A DNA stretch of 64,000 nt from Promethearchaeota archaeon (GCA_048940445.1 JBHLON010000009.1:22871-86870); one strand, 5' to 3'; positions 20,671 through 31,465 are shown, counted from the first letter of the stretch. The notes: a model not told the origin generated them from the sequence alone. Numbers and translations: made by a program.

Positions 20671-21702
20671 TCATTTAATTTCTGTGTATATAGCTTCATA
20701 TATATCCCTAATAAAATCCCCTAAATAGCGGATTAGAAACTCAGGATCAGGCGTTAAAAGTATAAAACGGTAAAATGCATAAAAATCGGCTCCATATAAT
20801 TGCCAAGTGGGTTTTATTAAAAACTTATCTGACCATTTTTGGCAAATTCCTTCTAATAACACATCATTACGAGTTACTCTCTTATCTAAATTTAATTCCA
20901 AGACATAGCGTACTATTTTATTTTTTTTCACATATTTTGAATGAGGAACTTTCTCTTGTTGTTCTCCCTCATCTCTCAGAAAAAAACTTTCTTCCATACT
21001 AGTCATCATTTGCAGAGTTTCACGTATTTGTGATAATTCTTCTTTTAATTGACGCACAATTTTGAATTGCCCTTTCTCTTCTTCAATAATAGCTTCTAGA
21101 TTGTCTTTTGTTTGTTCTAAACGTTTTAGATATTGATCTAACCACTTTTTGGAAATAGTATGATTTATAATACTAGTATTTACGCAATTAATATTAGGAA
21201 TTAGAGAAACGGTCTCATCTATATGTTTCAATTTGGTATAATTGAGTGAAATTTCAATAACAATGCCATCAGAACCATTTACATTGATATAATCACCAAC
21301 TGTAAACGGTCGGACTAATAGAATCCATATTCCCGCAATAAAGTTATTTATTGCATTCATAGAAGCGAATGCTATGGCACTCACGACGATCCCCGACACT
21401 ATTAATATGTAACTTGACTCAATCTTTAAAAAATTCATGATCAAAATTATAATTACAATTCCTAAAACTAATCGTACTCCAAACTTTAAACCGTTATAAA
21501 TATCCGGAGTGGAGCCTTGCAAAGTTATTCTTTTATTAATCTTTCTAAAAATGTATTTATATATAATAATGATGACCACAATAATCCCTACCAGAAGAAT
21601 CAATCCCATGATTGGAATTAACCAACCCCATAAATCTAAGTATCCTAAAATGCCAAAAAAGTCATCTATCGGGTTAGTTCCTTGAAAAGTTAAGTTGATC
21701 AC
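20671..21702 (-). CDS. MscS-family mechanosensitive channel with a coiled-coil insertion
   Basis: NNFIAGIWILLVRPFTVGDYINVNG..G.V.EISLNYT.L......IPN motif. Confidence 0.85.
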   Translation of the reverse strand: MINLTFQGTNPIDDFFGILGYLDLWGWLIPIMGLILLVGIIVVIIIIYKYIFRKINKRITLQGSTPDIYNGLKFGVRLVLGIVIIILIMNFLKIESSYILIVSGIVVSAIAFASMNAINNFIAGIWILLVRPFTVGDYINVNGSDGIVIEISLNYTKLKHIDETVSLIPNINCVNTSIINHTISKKWLDQYLKRLEQTKDNLEAIIEEEKGQFKIVRQLKEELSQIRETLQMMTSMEESFFLRDEGEQQEKVPHSKYVKKNKIVRYVLELNLDKRVTRNDVLLEGICQKWSDKFLIKPTWQLYGADFYAFYRFILLTPDPEFLIRYLGDFIRDIYEAIYTEIK

Positions 21703-21705
21703 GGT

Positions 21706-22599
21706 TTATCCTCCTCCGTAAATAGCGATCATTAAATCTTTAATGAAGTGTGAGTGGTTTCTAATTATAATTAAAGGATTATGACAATAAATCTTAAACC
21801 TAAAATGTACACGCCAATAGATGTATGATACAATAAATTGCGGACGATATCGATAAATATTCTTATGTTTATCGCATATTATATTTACAGCTTCGATCGT
21901 TTTTTCTGGTAATCGATCTAAATCAACTGCGATCTCGAAAGTGTATCTAATAATTTCGTTCTCCAAAATTATGCTCTTTAAATCATTCAATTTTAATTTT
22001 TTAGATATTTTTTTTTTAATTTTAGTTTTCTTAGCCACCGTTTTTTCATTAGTCTCTAAAAGCTGCTTTTTCTTTTTAATAGGGCTACCAATACTATTAA
22101 GTATTTCTGGGGTTAATTTTACTGTATATTTAAGAACTTCAGCATCCAGAATAGTCTTATTTGGGATTTTCACGATTGTACCGCTAAATTTTTGAAGTGT
22201 TGTAAAATTGAGCCCAATTTCTAATATCAATCCATCAATGCCATTAATGTTAACCAAATCATTTACTCTAAAGGGTCTGGATGAGAGTAAGTAAATTCCT
22301 GCTACAAATTGGCTTACTACTTGAGTGGAGGCAAATCCTATAATGACACCGGTGATTGAAGATATAGAAACTAAATAGGAAGAAGCTCCCGGAATAAAAG
22401 TAAGAAGAGCAATAATGATTAAAAAGATGGTTATTAAACGTAGGATTATTTTAATCCCATTTGTTGCTTCAAGAGGTACTCGTTGCTTTTTTGCACCACT
22501 TCGAACTACATACATCAGGATGCGATAAATAATTAAAATTGTGATAACAATTATCGCCACTATTATTGTTTGCCATAAAAGATCTAACCATGTTACCAT
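21706..22599 (-). CDS. MscS-family mechanosensitive channel with a Lys-rich insertion
   Basis: IGFA....QFVAGIYLLSSRPFRVNDLVNINGIDG.I.EIGLNFT.L......KIPN motif. Confidence 0.85.
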   Translation of the reverse strand: MVTWLDLLWQTIIVAIIVITILIIYRILMYVVRSGAKKQRVPLEATNGIKIILRLITIFLIIIALLTFIPGASSYLVSISSITGVIIGFASTQVVSQFVAGIYLLSSRPFRVNDLVNINGIDGLILEIGLNFTTLQKFSGTIVKIPNKTILDAEVLKYTVKLTPEILNSIGSPIKKKKQLLETNEKTVAKKTKIKKKISKKLKLNDLKSIILENEIIRYTFEIAVDLDRLPEKTIEAVNIICDKHKNIYRYRPQFIVSYIYWRVHFRFKIYCHNPLIIIRNHSHFIKDLMIAIYGGG

Positions 22600-22767
22600 C
22601 TCTTTTCACCACTTAGATATTATGTTCTTTATTCTAAAAACTATTATTATTTATTAATTCTTATTATAAAAATTATAAATAAGGGAAGTTAAACATTAGA
22701 AACATCGAAACTCTTTAAGCTTAAACTCTTTCTTTTCTATTTATCGCTATTTATCTTTTAAAAAAGA

Positions 22768-23145
22768 TCATTTAGCATCTGGATCACTTTTCATTATTCC
22801 TGTAACAATCCCTTCAGGATCTTCAAAATAAGCTATCCACCCTACTCCAGGAACTGCATGTTTAGGGCGTATAATTTTTCCACCATTAGATTGGATCTTT
22901 TTAATAATTGAATCAATATCATCAACATCGATAGTATTTACTACGTTAGGAAAATCTTCTTCAGCAAAACCAAGACCACCATCAATCCCGGGTTCATCTT
23001 CTTTTCCTGTCATAATTAACCAATAGTCTATAGGGCCTTCCCACTTTTTTATTTCCCAACTAAATACTTTTTCATAAAATTTTATAATTTTGTCTACATC
23101 TTTTACATTCAATTCAAAATGTACAATTCTTCCCATCTTTTTCAC
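22768..23145 (-). CDS. VOC/glyoxalase family protein
   Basis: IVHFEL, FYEKVFSW, PGIDGG and VPGVGWIAYFEDPEG motifs. Confidence 0.92.
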   Translation of the reverse strand: MKKMGRIVHFELNVKDVDKIIKFYEKVFSWEIKKWEGPIDYWLIMTGKEDEPGIDGGLGFAEEDFPNVVNTIDVDDIDSIIKKIQSNGGKIIRPKHAVPGVGWIAYFEDPEGIVTGIMKSDPDAK

Positions 23146-23158
23146 CTCTTTTTCTTAT

Positions 23159-23749
23159 TTAAACGTTTAAATAATTCTTGCCTATACTCCAAGCTTTTCC
23201 AGCTTTTTCTCCCATCTTCCAATAGAAATTATCATTTTGAGTCAATGTAAATGGTTTCATTTTAGCTAAGTCTGGAACTCCATTTGTTAAATACTTTTCA
23301 TCCGCATAAGCATTCACTATTTTCCCAATAAAAATATTATGGCCTTTTTTATCGGAATCAATTAATTCATTTGTATTTAATATTTTTACTACTTCACATT
23401 CAAGGTTTAATGGTGCTTGCATTATCATTGGTGCGGTTTTTAAGTCACCAAAGAATATTTCAAATATTTCTGATTTATTTTGATTTTTACCCGAATGCAA
23501 ACCACAATAATCAGTAGCTTTGATCATAGTTTCTGAGGGAGTGTTTACACTAAAAGTTTTATTTTCAATAATACCTTCATTTGTGTAGTGTGAATTTGAT
23601 GATGATATCAAAATCATTGGAGGTTCATGTTCAGCCATACAAATCCAAGCAAGTGGCATAAAATTTGGTTTACTCCTTATATTCGCTCCAATTAGAACAA
23701 CAGGCATTGGATAGATAAGAGGATTAACTCTAATCTTACTCTTAGGCAA
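23159..23749 (-). CDS. Flavin reductase (flavoredoxin-like)
   Basis: YPMPVVLIG, EPPM, DYCGLHSG, APMI...PLNLEC and H.IFIGKI motifs. Confidence 0.9.
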   Translation of the reverse strand: MPKSKIRVNPLIYPMPVVLIGANIRSKPNFMPLAWICMAEHEPPMILISSSNSHYTNEGIIENKTFSVNTPSETMIKATDYCGLHSGKNQNKSEIFEIFFGDLKTAPMIMQAPLNLECEVVKILNTNELIDSDKKGHNIFIGKIVNAYADEKYLTNGVPDLAKMKPFTLTQNDNFYWKMGEKAGKAWSIGKNYLNV

Positions 23750-23841
23750 GTATCATCAACTTTTGTTTTACTTTAATCCTAATCATTATTAGAATTTAAA
23801 TATTTGTGATTAGATCAATTTTGAGACTAAAAGATTCCTAT

Positions 23842-24717
23842 TTAGATCTTGAAAAATATCTTGATAATAATACCCAGAATAAATGACAATCCAGCGATTC
23901 CTAGACTAATAAACACCATTTCTAAAAATCGTTTTTTAAAGTTAAAATCCTTAGCTACAGAAACATAATAATTAAAAACAAAAATAATTAAAATCGCATT
24001 GAATAACATGAAACCAAGACAAAAATAATAATTTGAATAGATTAAATAAGGGAATATTAAAAGCATTACAGTTGTTAAATAAGCTAATCCAGTATAAACA
24101 GCAGCTTTCCGTGGTTTTTTTCCAATTTGTTCCGATTTAGTTGATAAGTATTCTGAAGTCGCCATAGATAATGTTGCGGCGATTCCTGTTATAAAGCCAG
24201 TGGCTGCAATTAATTGACTATTTTGAAATGCAAAAGTAAATCCTGCAAGAGCACCAGTCAGTTCCACGAGAGCATCATTGATCCCTAGTACCATTGATCC
24301 AACATATTTAAGACGTTCTTCATCAATTAAATTGATAAGTTCCTGTTCATGGTCAATTTCATCCTCTATAATCTCTTTTGTTTGGGGAAAAATTTTTGTC
24401 AATTTTTGATATTCTTGCTGAGCACTTTTTTCTCCATTTTCCATACGTTTAATGGTAAAAGTTAAACCAAATATTTTTGAGACTACATAGTAAAACCATA
24501 TCTTCCATTTATTTGGCTCGACTTCCTCTTTAGAAAGCTCCTTACCAACGTTATAATGTTTTAATTCTTCATCTGCGATCTGTTTTAAAATGCGCTTATT
24601 ATTTGAGTCTTTAATTGACGTTGCCAGCTTTTTATATATATGAAATTCCGTAATTTCATTCTTCTGTGCCTTTAATAGCATTTTTTTGACTTCTGGAATC
24701 AAAATGTCTTCAGCCAT
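23842..24717 (-). CDS. Rubrerythrin/ferritin-like domain fused to a VIT1/CCC1 iron transporter
   Basis: E..IY..LA, DEELKH and EDEIDHE, followed by VLGINDALVELTGALAG and LSMATSEYLS. Confidence 0.9.
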   Translation of the reverse strand: MAEDILIPEVKKMLLKAQKNEITEFHIYKKLATSIKDSNNKRILKQIADEELKHYNVGKELSKEEVEPNKWKIWFYYVVSKIFGLTFTIKRMENGEKSAQQEYQKLTKIFPQTKEIIEDEIDHEQELINLIDEERLKYVGSMVLGINDALVELTGALAGFTFAFQNSQLIAATGFITGIAATLSMATSEYLSTKSEQIGKKPRKAAVYTGLAYLTTVMLLIFPYLIYSNYYFCLGFMLFNAILIIFVFNYYVSVAKDFNFKKRFLEMVFISLGIAGLSFILGIIIKIFFKI

Positions 24718-24779
24718 TCTGTATTATTATCTTTTAAAAATATCTATTGAATCATGACTATAATAGAAAATAAGCTTAC

Positions 24780-25163
24780 TTATTCAATATCTAAAGCAGC
24801 CCGAGCTTTTTCTAAGTTATCAACACCTAAAACTATTCTATTATTCTCAGCAAAATAAATTAGGTCGATATTAACACCGGCATTGCCTATTTTTCGAGCC
24901 ATTTTACCTCCTGTACCCGGTTTTCCTACGATATTGCCAATATCCAAGACTAGTACATCACGTATAGCACGAACTTGGAAACCAGCATCTTCGAGAGCCC
25001 ATTGAGCTGTTGTATCATCTTCAACCAGAATGTGAATTACACCCTCATCTTTCTGAGGATAACCACATAAACCTTCCATGTTTATACCCATTTTACCCAA
25101 AGATTCTCCCATATCTGCTAATGACCCAGGTTCATTTTTAACAATAACTGTTAAATCTTTCAA
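24780..25163 (-). CDS. Tandem ACT-domain protein
   Basis: NEPGSLA....LG..GINM and KPG.......IGNAGVNID.IY motifs; GGAGG RBS before TTG. Confidence 0.85.
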   Translation of the reverse strand: MKDLTVIVKNEPGSLADMGESLGKMGINMEGLCGYPQKDEGVIHILVEDDTTAQWALEDAGFQVRAIRDVLVLDIGNIVGKPGTGGKMARKIGNAGVNIDLIYFAENNRIVLGVDNLEKARAALDIE

Positions 25164-25360
25164 TATCTTATTCCTCCTTTTTCTTATCTTTATCGCTTTT
25201 AATTTTCGTACAAAACTAAAGAAAATGTCTTAATCATTAGAATTCCTTGCAATAAGAAATTATGATGACCATTTATTAAAACTTTATTCCATCTCAAAGA
25301 AGTTTGAAAGATCAATTTACTTTGATCCAAAATTTGCGAAATTAAATAAAAAAAAAATAA

Positions 25361-27439
25361 TTAAATACTTGTTAAGTCAACCGTGGCATATAAAGCTGGA
25401 TGATCCGATGCATATCCCCCAGTATAATGGATGTATGTCATTGATCCATTTAATTGCGAAGAGACAAATATATGGTCAATTCTTTCATCTGGAATTATAC
25501 GATCCCCAGGAAGATTAGGATCAACGACTGCATTTGCTGGATTGGAATTAAGTACTAATTCCCAAGCATCATATAGTTGGGCAACTGTAATGTTATATTG
25601 TTTGGTATTAGGTTCAAAGTTAAAATCTCCCATTAGAATTACATTCTCTTGGTTCTCTGTTACATTTAAAATATTCTCTTGCTGGATAATTTGAGTTCTA
25701 TCACCTTCGGTAGCGTTTTCAAAATTGCCAAGGTGAGTTACAAAAATATTAAATCTAATCCCGTTTACGACAATCTGGGCCCAAATAGAAGCAGTTTGTT
25801 CCCCCACACTTTTCATATAAAATGTCTGAGCATTCATGATAGGATATTTAGATAATAACGCTATTCCATAAGTACCAGTTACAGTTTTAGGACCATAATA
25901 CGAATAATATCCCAATGTCTCGCTAATGTATCGTACGAAATCGTTATTTCCATTAACAATTCGGGCCGTATCTGATTCCTCTAAAGCTATTACATCTGGA
26001 TTCAAACTCTCAATTACAGCATGTTGTCCATCAAAATTCATATTTCCTGGTTCATCAGCACCTTGCTGGATATTATAAGTCAAAATTGAAAGAGTAGTAC
26101 TAGAACTGGGTGATCTTATATTTGGTGAATCAAGAATTACGCAACTTATTATAGTTCCTATAGTAAGTATTAAAATTGCACTAACAACTTTATATATCTT
26201 TATTATTTGATTTCTAGATCTCCTAGAAAAAAACATAGATTCTTTTTTAACTAATAAAAGAGGCCACATTATGAATACTCCAATCACTAAAAATATAAGC
26301 CATATCATATCTCTAAATAATGGTCCTATTAAAGGAATGTAATCATACGTTGTAGTGAAGACAGTTGCAAATATTATAACAATAGAAAAAAGGGCTGATG
26401 CAAAAAAGCCTGCCCCCATCTTTCGACTAGATGGTTTGCTTCTAAATAATTCCCTCAATAGAATTACAAAGTCAATAAATATGATCGGGGAGAGGACGAG
26501 CATTATATACAGAATAATTTGATTTAAAATTGTTGCATCGGGAACAAAATATGGATACGATGAGATAAATGCAAATGCAACTTGATTTAACCCAATAGTA
26601 AGCACTAGCATTACCACGAATAATATATTCCAAAGTAGAATACCTTTGGAAGGTATCTTATTGATTAAATCTGGTTTTACAGAAACTATGACTATAAAAC
26701 TCGCTATAATTACTATGATAATCATGACGATTGCTATATAATCTCCTTCAGTCCATCTTGCAATAACCGTAGGACTACTGAATGCAAAATAACATAAAAT
26801 GAGAATGCTAAATAATCCCACGCAAAGACCCAAAATTTTCCACTTGCCTCCAATCTTTCTGAAACCGCCTAATTCTTCTTTATTTGCTTCAACCTTTACT
26901 GGATTTAATAAATTTATCATCATTATTGCAGCAATAGCCGCTAGAATCCATCCAATCCACATAAACCAAAAAGTTAGTGATAAGTCAACCGAAGAACCAA
27001 GCGTTCTAAATAAAATTGACAATGCTAATCCAAAACCTAAACTAATGCCTAGAGATAATCCACTTTTTTCATTATTTACCGAAGCTTTTTTTTGAAGGTA
27101 AACTGGAAAGAAGATCATAAAGCATCCCATACCAATTCCAGTAAATATAATTTGAAGTCTTGCTCCAAAAAATGGTTGTAAAATTCTACATAATATCATA
27201 ACTTCTCCGAATAGTATCATCATCTTTTTAGAAAGACCTTTTTTAAAGAATAACAAAACAACTGGAGTTATTAAAAATAAAATTGCGAGTGCGCTTTCAT
27301 TTAGCCCTGAAACGATAAGGTTTAAAAGATAAATAGAAGCTACAAGTTGAGTTATCTGTTCGAAAAAGAAGTAGAATAATATGCCAAAAAGGATAATTTC
27401 AGAATAATACTTAACTAAATGTTTGTTATAGATTTCCAT
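25361..27439 (-). CDS. Multi-TM protein with a C-terminal EEP domain (CWH43/PGAP2IP-like architecture)
   Basis: About 12-13 TM segments, then LTYNIQQG, PDVIALEESD, YGIALLSKYPI, THL, ILMGDFN, RIDHIF and ASDH. Confidence 0.85.
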   Translation of the reverse strand: MEIYNKHLVKYYSEIILFGILFYFFFEQITQLVASIYLLNLIVSGLNESALAILFLITPVVLLFFKKGLSKKMMILFGEVMILCRILQPFFGARLQIIFTGIGMGCFMIFFPVYLQKKASVNNEKSGLSLGISLGFGLALSILFRTLGSSVDLSLTFWFMWIGWILAAIAAIMMINLLNPVKVEANKEELGGFRKIGGKWKILGLCVGLFSILILCYFAFSSPTVIARWTEGDYIAIVMIIIVIIASFIVIVSVKPDLINKIPSKGILLWNILFVVMLVLTIGLNQVAFAFISSYPYFVPDATILNQIILYIMLVLSPIIFIDFVILLRELFRSKPSSRKMGAGFFASALFSIVIIFATVFTTTYDYIPLIGPLFRDMIWLIFLVIGVFIMWPLLLVKKESMFFSRRSRNQIIKIYKVVSAILILTIGTIISCVILDSPNIRSPSSSTTLSILTYNIQQGADEPGNMNFDGQHAVIESLNPDVIALEESDTARIVNGNNDFVRYISETLGYYSYYGPKTVTGTYGIALLSKYPIMNAQTFYMKSVGEQTASIWAQIVVNGIRFNIFVTHLGNFENATEGDRTQIIQQENILNVTENQENVILMGDFNFEPNTKQYNITVAQLYDAWELVLNSNPANAVVDPNLPGDRIIPDERIDHIFVSSQLNGSMTYIHYTGGYASDHPALYATVDLTSI

Positions 27440-27591
27440 AATAGTATAATTTACTTACATCACATTTAAACCTTTAATGCTAATCTAATTAAGAAAATTA
27501 TGAGATTTGATTCCCTCTACATTTAAAAAGTTAGTTTTTAGAAAATATATTTATGTAAAAAAATTCTTTATTCCATAGTATTATAATAATT

Positions 27592-27789
27592 ATGGTGAAA
27601 TTTTTGCCAGAATACCTAGCTGAGATTAAATTCCATATTTTTCCTTATCGAAAATTGAAAATTAGCGCTAAGAATGAGGTTGAAGCGAAAAAGATCGCAA
27701 TCACTCATGCGGAAGACATAGTAAAAAATCTGAAATTCACAATTAAAAAATTGAAGCAAAGACAAGTTTTAATAGAAGACTTTTTATGA
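27592..27789 (+). CDS. Small hypothetical protein
   Basis: 65-aa ORF alone in an intergenic space, with plausible composition (ISAKNEVEAKKIA). Confidence 0.5.
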   Translation: MVKFLPEYLAEIKFHIFPYRKLKISAKNEVEAKKIAITHAEDIVKNLKFTIKKLKQRQVLIEDFL

Positions 27790-27948
27790 AAAACCTTAGA
27801 CAATTTCTTTGACAAGGTCTATTTTTTCATTAAATTAAAAAAAAAGGAATATAGAAGATAAGAATTAAAAATTGGACTACAGAGAGCTTATATTCTTCCT
27901 TTCTCAATATTTTTTATAGAAAATAAATAAAATAAGATTATTTGTATC

Positions 27949-28530
27949 ATGAAACTTTTTACAAAAGGAAATGCAGGTATAGTATTGTTCGTTGGTTGTA
28001 TTCAGTGGTTAATGATGATGATTATATTAGAAAGTTTTCAACCGGGCTATAACAGTGCTCTACATTACGTAAGTTCTCTAGGAGTTGGTACTACTTCTAT
28101 TTTATATAATATTTCAATTATATTGTTTGGTATTAGTGTGATATTCACTTCGATTATTCTTTATAAATCTATTAGGTTTAGGTTATTCAATATAATCTTA
28201 CTAATTACTGGGTTATTTATAGTAGGAGTCGGATTTTTTCCAGAGAATATTCGCCCTATTCATGGTTATGTCACAGCTTTTGCATTTATCTTTGCAGTTA
28301 TTAGTGCATTAATTTCTTATAAAGTGTTAGATGCTCCTTTTTCTTATATGTCAATAATCTTTGGAGTGATATCACTAATAACATTAACACTCTTCTTTCC
28401 TTATTTAGGTCTACCAGCAGATTCAACTCTATTATTCTTAGGATTAGCAAAGGGAACTATGGAACGAATTGTAATTTATATTCTCATGTTTTGGATCCTA
28501 AGTTTCAGTTTGTATCTTACTAAAAAATAG
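27949..28530 (+). CDS. DUF998-like membrane protein
   Basis: PGYN....VSSLG, GVG.FP, H...A and G.MER motifs. Confidence 0.75.
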   Translation: MKLFTKGNAGIVLFVGCIQWLMMMIILESFQPGYNSALHYVSSLGVGTTSILYNISIILFGISVIFTSIILYKSIRFRLFNIILLITGLFIVGVGFFPENIRPIHGYVTAFAFIFAVISALISYKVLDAPFSYMSIIFGVISLITLTLFFPYLGLPADSTLLFLGLAKGTMERIVIYILMFWILSFSLYLTKK

Positions 28531-28644
28531 TTAATAGTAAATATCAAAAAATTATTCATCTCTTCTTTTTTTAAAGTAATAAGTTAGAAATACGATAATT
28601 AATTTCTACAATCAATTTAAACTCAGGTATCTGAGATCTTCAAA

Positions 28645-29268
28645 ATGGATTTATTTGAAAAAATTAATGAGTTTAAAATCATTCCGGTTGCGGTTATACA
28701 AAATTTAAATGATGCTATCCCCTTAGGGAAAGCTTTAATTGAGGTTAATCTTCCTATTATAGAAGTCACATTTAGAACTGAAATCGCAGCTGAAGCTATT
28801 AAGAAACTCACAATAACATATCCCAATCTTCTTGTCGGAGCGGGCACTATTTTGAAAGTTGAACAAGTAAAACAAGCAATCAATGCTGGTGCTTTGTTTA
28901 TTGTAACTCCTGGCTTCAACCCAAAAGTTGTTGATTATTGCATAGAAAATAAGATCTCTATAATTCCAGGTGTAAATACACCAACAATGGTAGAATGGGC
29001 TCTTGATAGAGGTGTTGTAGTTGTAAAATTCTTCCCCGCTGATCTTTCAGGAGGTCCTAAAATGCTTAAAAGTTTAGCAGGACCATATCCTGAGATGAAA
29101 TTTGTACCAACTGGGGGAATTAATAATAATAACATAAAGGATTATTTGCAGTTACCAAATGTTATAGCATGCGGAGGAAGCTGGATAGTGAAACAAGATT
29201 TAATTTCTGAAGGAAAATTCGATGAAATCATGAAATTAACTCAGAAAACACTTTCTTTAATAAAATAA
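28645..29268 (+). CDS. eda: KDPG/KHG aldolase
   Basis: IEVTFRT, VGAGT, FIVTPG, PGVNTPT, KFFPA, FVPTGGI and CGGSW motifs. Confidence 0.93.
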   Translation: MDLFEKINEFKIIPVAVIQNLNDAIPLGKALIEVNLPIIEVTFRTEIAAEAIKKLTITYPNLLVGAGTILKVEQVKQAINAGALFIVTPGFNPKVVDYCIENKISIIPGVNTPTMVEWALDRGVVVVKFFPADLSGGPKMLKSLAGPYPEMKFVPTGGINNNNIKDYLQLPNVIACGGSWIVKQDLISEGKFDEIMKLTQKTLSLIK

Positions 29269-29354
29269 AGTGTACATATTTAAAGTTGAATTGAAATTAA
29301 TAACGGTCTAATAATCATAAAATTATACCATTAAGAGGAAATATAATAAAGAGC

Positions 29355-30413
29355 TTGTTTAATAACAAAATGGACCTTTTAAATTACGTCGGTTTAAGCG
29401 AGGAGAAAAAAAGGAAACTTAGGATTCAAAGTTATTTAGATTCTCTCTTAAGCGATGACGAAAAAACTAATAATAAATATAAAATGGTCTCAATCTCTCC
29501 ACTAAGATACGCAGGTGGAAAATCTAGAGCAGTTGGGTATATCTTAGAACATCTTCCTGAAAACATAGATAATAAAATTGTGTCCCCTTTCTTTGGAGGA
29601 GGTTCATTTGAATTTGCTTTAAGTGCTAATCTAGATTTTGAAATAATTGGATATGATATTTTTGAAATTTTAGTAAATTATTGGTATTTTCAAATTAATA
29701 AACCTCAAGAATTATATGAGGAATTGAGACTGCTTATTCCCGATAAAAAGAATTATACACGAAATAGACATATTCTATTGCATTATTGGGATAAAGTGAA
29801 ACCAGAAACCCTTGATTACATTACGAGAAGAAAAGTTCAGCTTACAGAAGAAGAAAAGACTATGCTTGATCATAATGACTTAAAAAGAGCAGCTTATTAT
29901 TATTACAATCACCAATTATCTTATGGCCCCATGTTTCTAGGCTGGGGATCATCTGTTTATTTAAACCAAAATAGATATGACATTATTCTTGAGAAAGTGA
30001 AGAATTTTAAAGCGGGGAATGTCACCGTAAAATGCGATTCATTTGAAAATGTTTTTAAAAAATATAAAACTGATTTTATATATGCGGATCCTCCTTATTA
30101 CTTAGAAGGGGATTCAAAAATGTTTAAAGGTATTTATCCTAATAGCAACTTTGCGATTCATCATAAAAATTTTGATCATAAGTTATTAAGAGAGCTATTA
30201 AGAACACATAAAGGGGGGTTCATTATTACTTATAATGATTGCAGTGATATTAGAGAGATGTATAAAGACTATGAACAATATTTTCCGGCATGGCAATATT
30301 CATATGGTCAAGGAGAAACAAGAATTGGGAAAAATAGGCTAGCCAAGAAGAAAGTTAATAATATTAAGAAATCCCACGAAATTATTATCGTCTGTCCTCC
30401 CAATGATTCTTAA
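29355..30413 (+). CDS. D12-class N6-adenine DNA methyltransferase (orphan)
   Basis: SPLRYAGGKS, SPFFGGGS, YADPPY and ITYND motifs. Confidence 0.9.
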   Translation: MFNNKMDLLNYVGLSEEKKRKLRIQSYLDSLLSDDEKTNNKYKMVSISPLRYAGGKSRAVGYILEHLPENIDNKIVSPFFGGGSFEFALSANLDFEIIGYDIFEILVNYWYFQINKPQELYEELRLLIPDKKNYTRNRHILLHYWDKVKPETLDYITRRKVQLTEEEKTMLDHNDLKRAAYYYYNHQLSYGPMFLGWGSSVYLNQNRYDIILEKVKNFKAGNVTVKCDSFENVFKKYKTDFIYADPPYYLEGDSKMFKGIYPNSNFAIHHKNFDHKLLRELLRTHKGGFIITYNDCSDIREMYKDYEQYFPAWQYSYGQGETRIGKNRLAKKKVNNIKKSHEIIIVCPPNDS

Positions 30414-30439
30414 ATAGAGTAGATATTTAAAATATAAAA

Positions 30440-31237
30440 CTAGATGAATAGTAAGAAGGCACTGTACAAAATTCTTGATAATAGCTTTTTCCATAAACTA
30501 ACTCTTATTCTAATATAATATCTTCTTTTTGAATCAGTCCAACCATGTTTCTTCCAATATTCATAATCGATACTATTAGATAATTCTGGGTTGCTTCGAT
30601 ATTTTTGTTGAATCTTAAATGAGGTAAGTCCTATTATAGATGGATTAAGATAAGACTTATTTTTTACTGCTGAATATAACTTTCTTGCCAGCTGTGAAAT
30701 TTCTTTACTATAATTGTGCCTTAAAATTTCTAATGAATCATTTGAACTACTCGTCTTAAAACCTTTTGTTCCAATAATCTTGAATCCCCAACTATATGTG
30801 GCGGCACCAATTGTACGAATTGTTCTTTTCAAACTTGTCTTATTAGTAGTAACAATAATCATAGCGCATTTATCATAAAATTCTTGACGGTGACAAGTAT
30901 AGGCTAATCTATCAATTAATGCCTTCATCATGGAGTTCACATCACCTACATACACAGGACTTGCAAGGACTACTGCATCCGCTTCCTTTATCTTACTTTT
31001 AATTTTGGGGATGTCATCCTGTAGAGGACATTTTTCCTCTCCATAATCCATGCATGCTCGACAACCTCTACAATGTTCTATATTATAATCAGCCAAGAAG
31101 ATGGTTTCAAAATGTATGAAATCATGATTATGTTCAACAATTTGATTAACATCCTTTTCCAATAAAGATACTATTTGAGATGTATGCCCTTTTTTCCTAC
31201 CACTGCTTATAATACTTAAAATTTTCATTATTTCCAC
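30440..31237 (-). CDS. NADPH-dependent FMN reductase / iron-sulfur flavoprotein-like protein
   Basis: SSGRKKGHT, CRGCRAC.....CPLQDD, LASPVY and MKALIDR motifs. Confidence 0.87.
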   Translation of the reverse strand: MEIMKILSIISSGRKKGHTSQIVSLLEKDVNQIVEHNHDFIHFETIFLADYNIEHCRGCRACMDYGEEKCPLQDDIPKIKSKIKEADAVVLASPVYVGDVNSMMKALIDRLAYTCHRQEFYDKCAMIIVTTNKTSLKRTIRTIGAATYSWGFKIIGTKGFKTSSSNDSLEILRHNYSKEISQLARKLYSAVKNKSYLNPSIIGLTSFKIQQKYRSNPELSNSIDYEYWKKHGWTDSKRRYYIRIRVSLWKKLLSRILYSAFLLFI

Positions 31238-31465
31238 CTAATAATTGTAGATAACGATCTTTATTATTTCACATGAATCAATTTCATTTAAAGTGATGTT
31301 TAGGTAGTCTTGGATTTAAGATCCAAAATTAATGAGAAAAATGATCTATTTATCCACCAAAAGATAAAAATTTGATTACTTCTGGGAACTTATTTATCAA
31401 CTAAATGGTATAATAAAACTTCATTGCGTTATTTAGTGAATTTCTAAATAAAAAGATAAAAAAAT

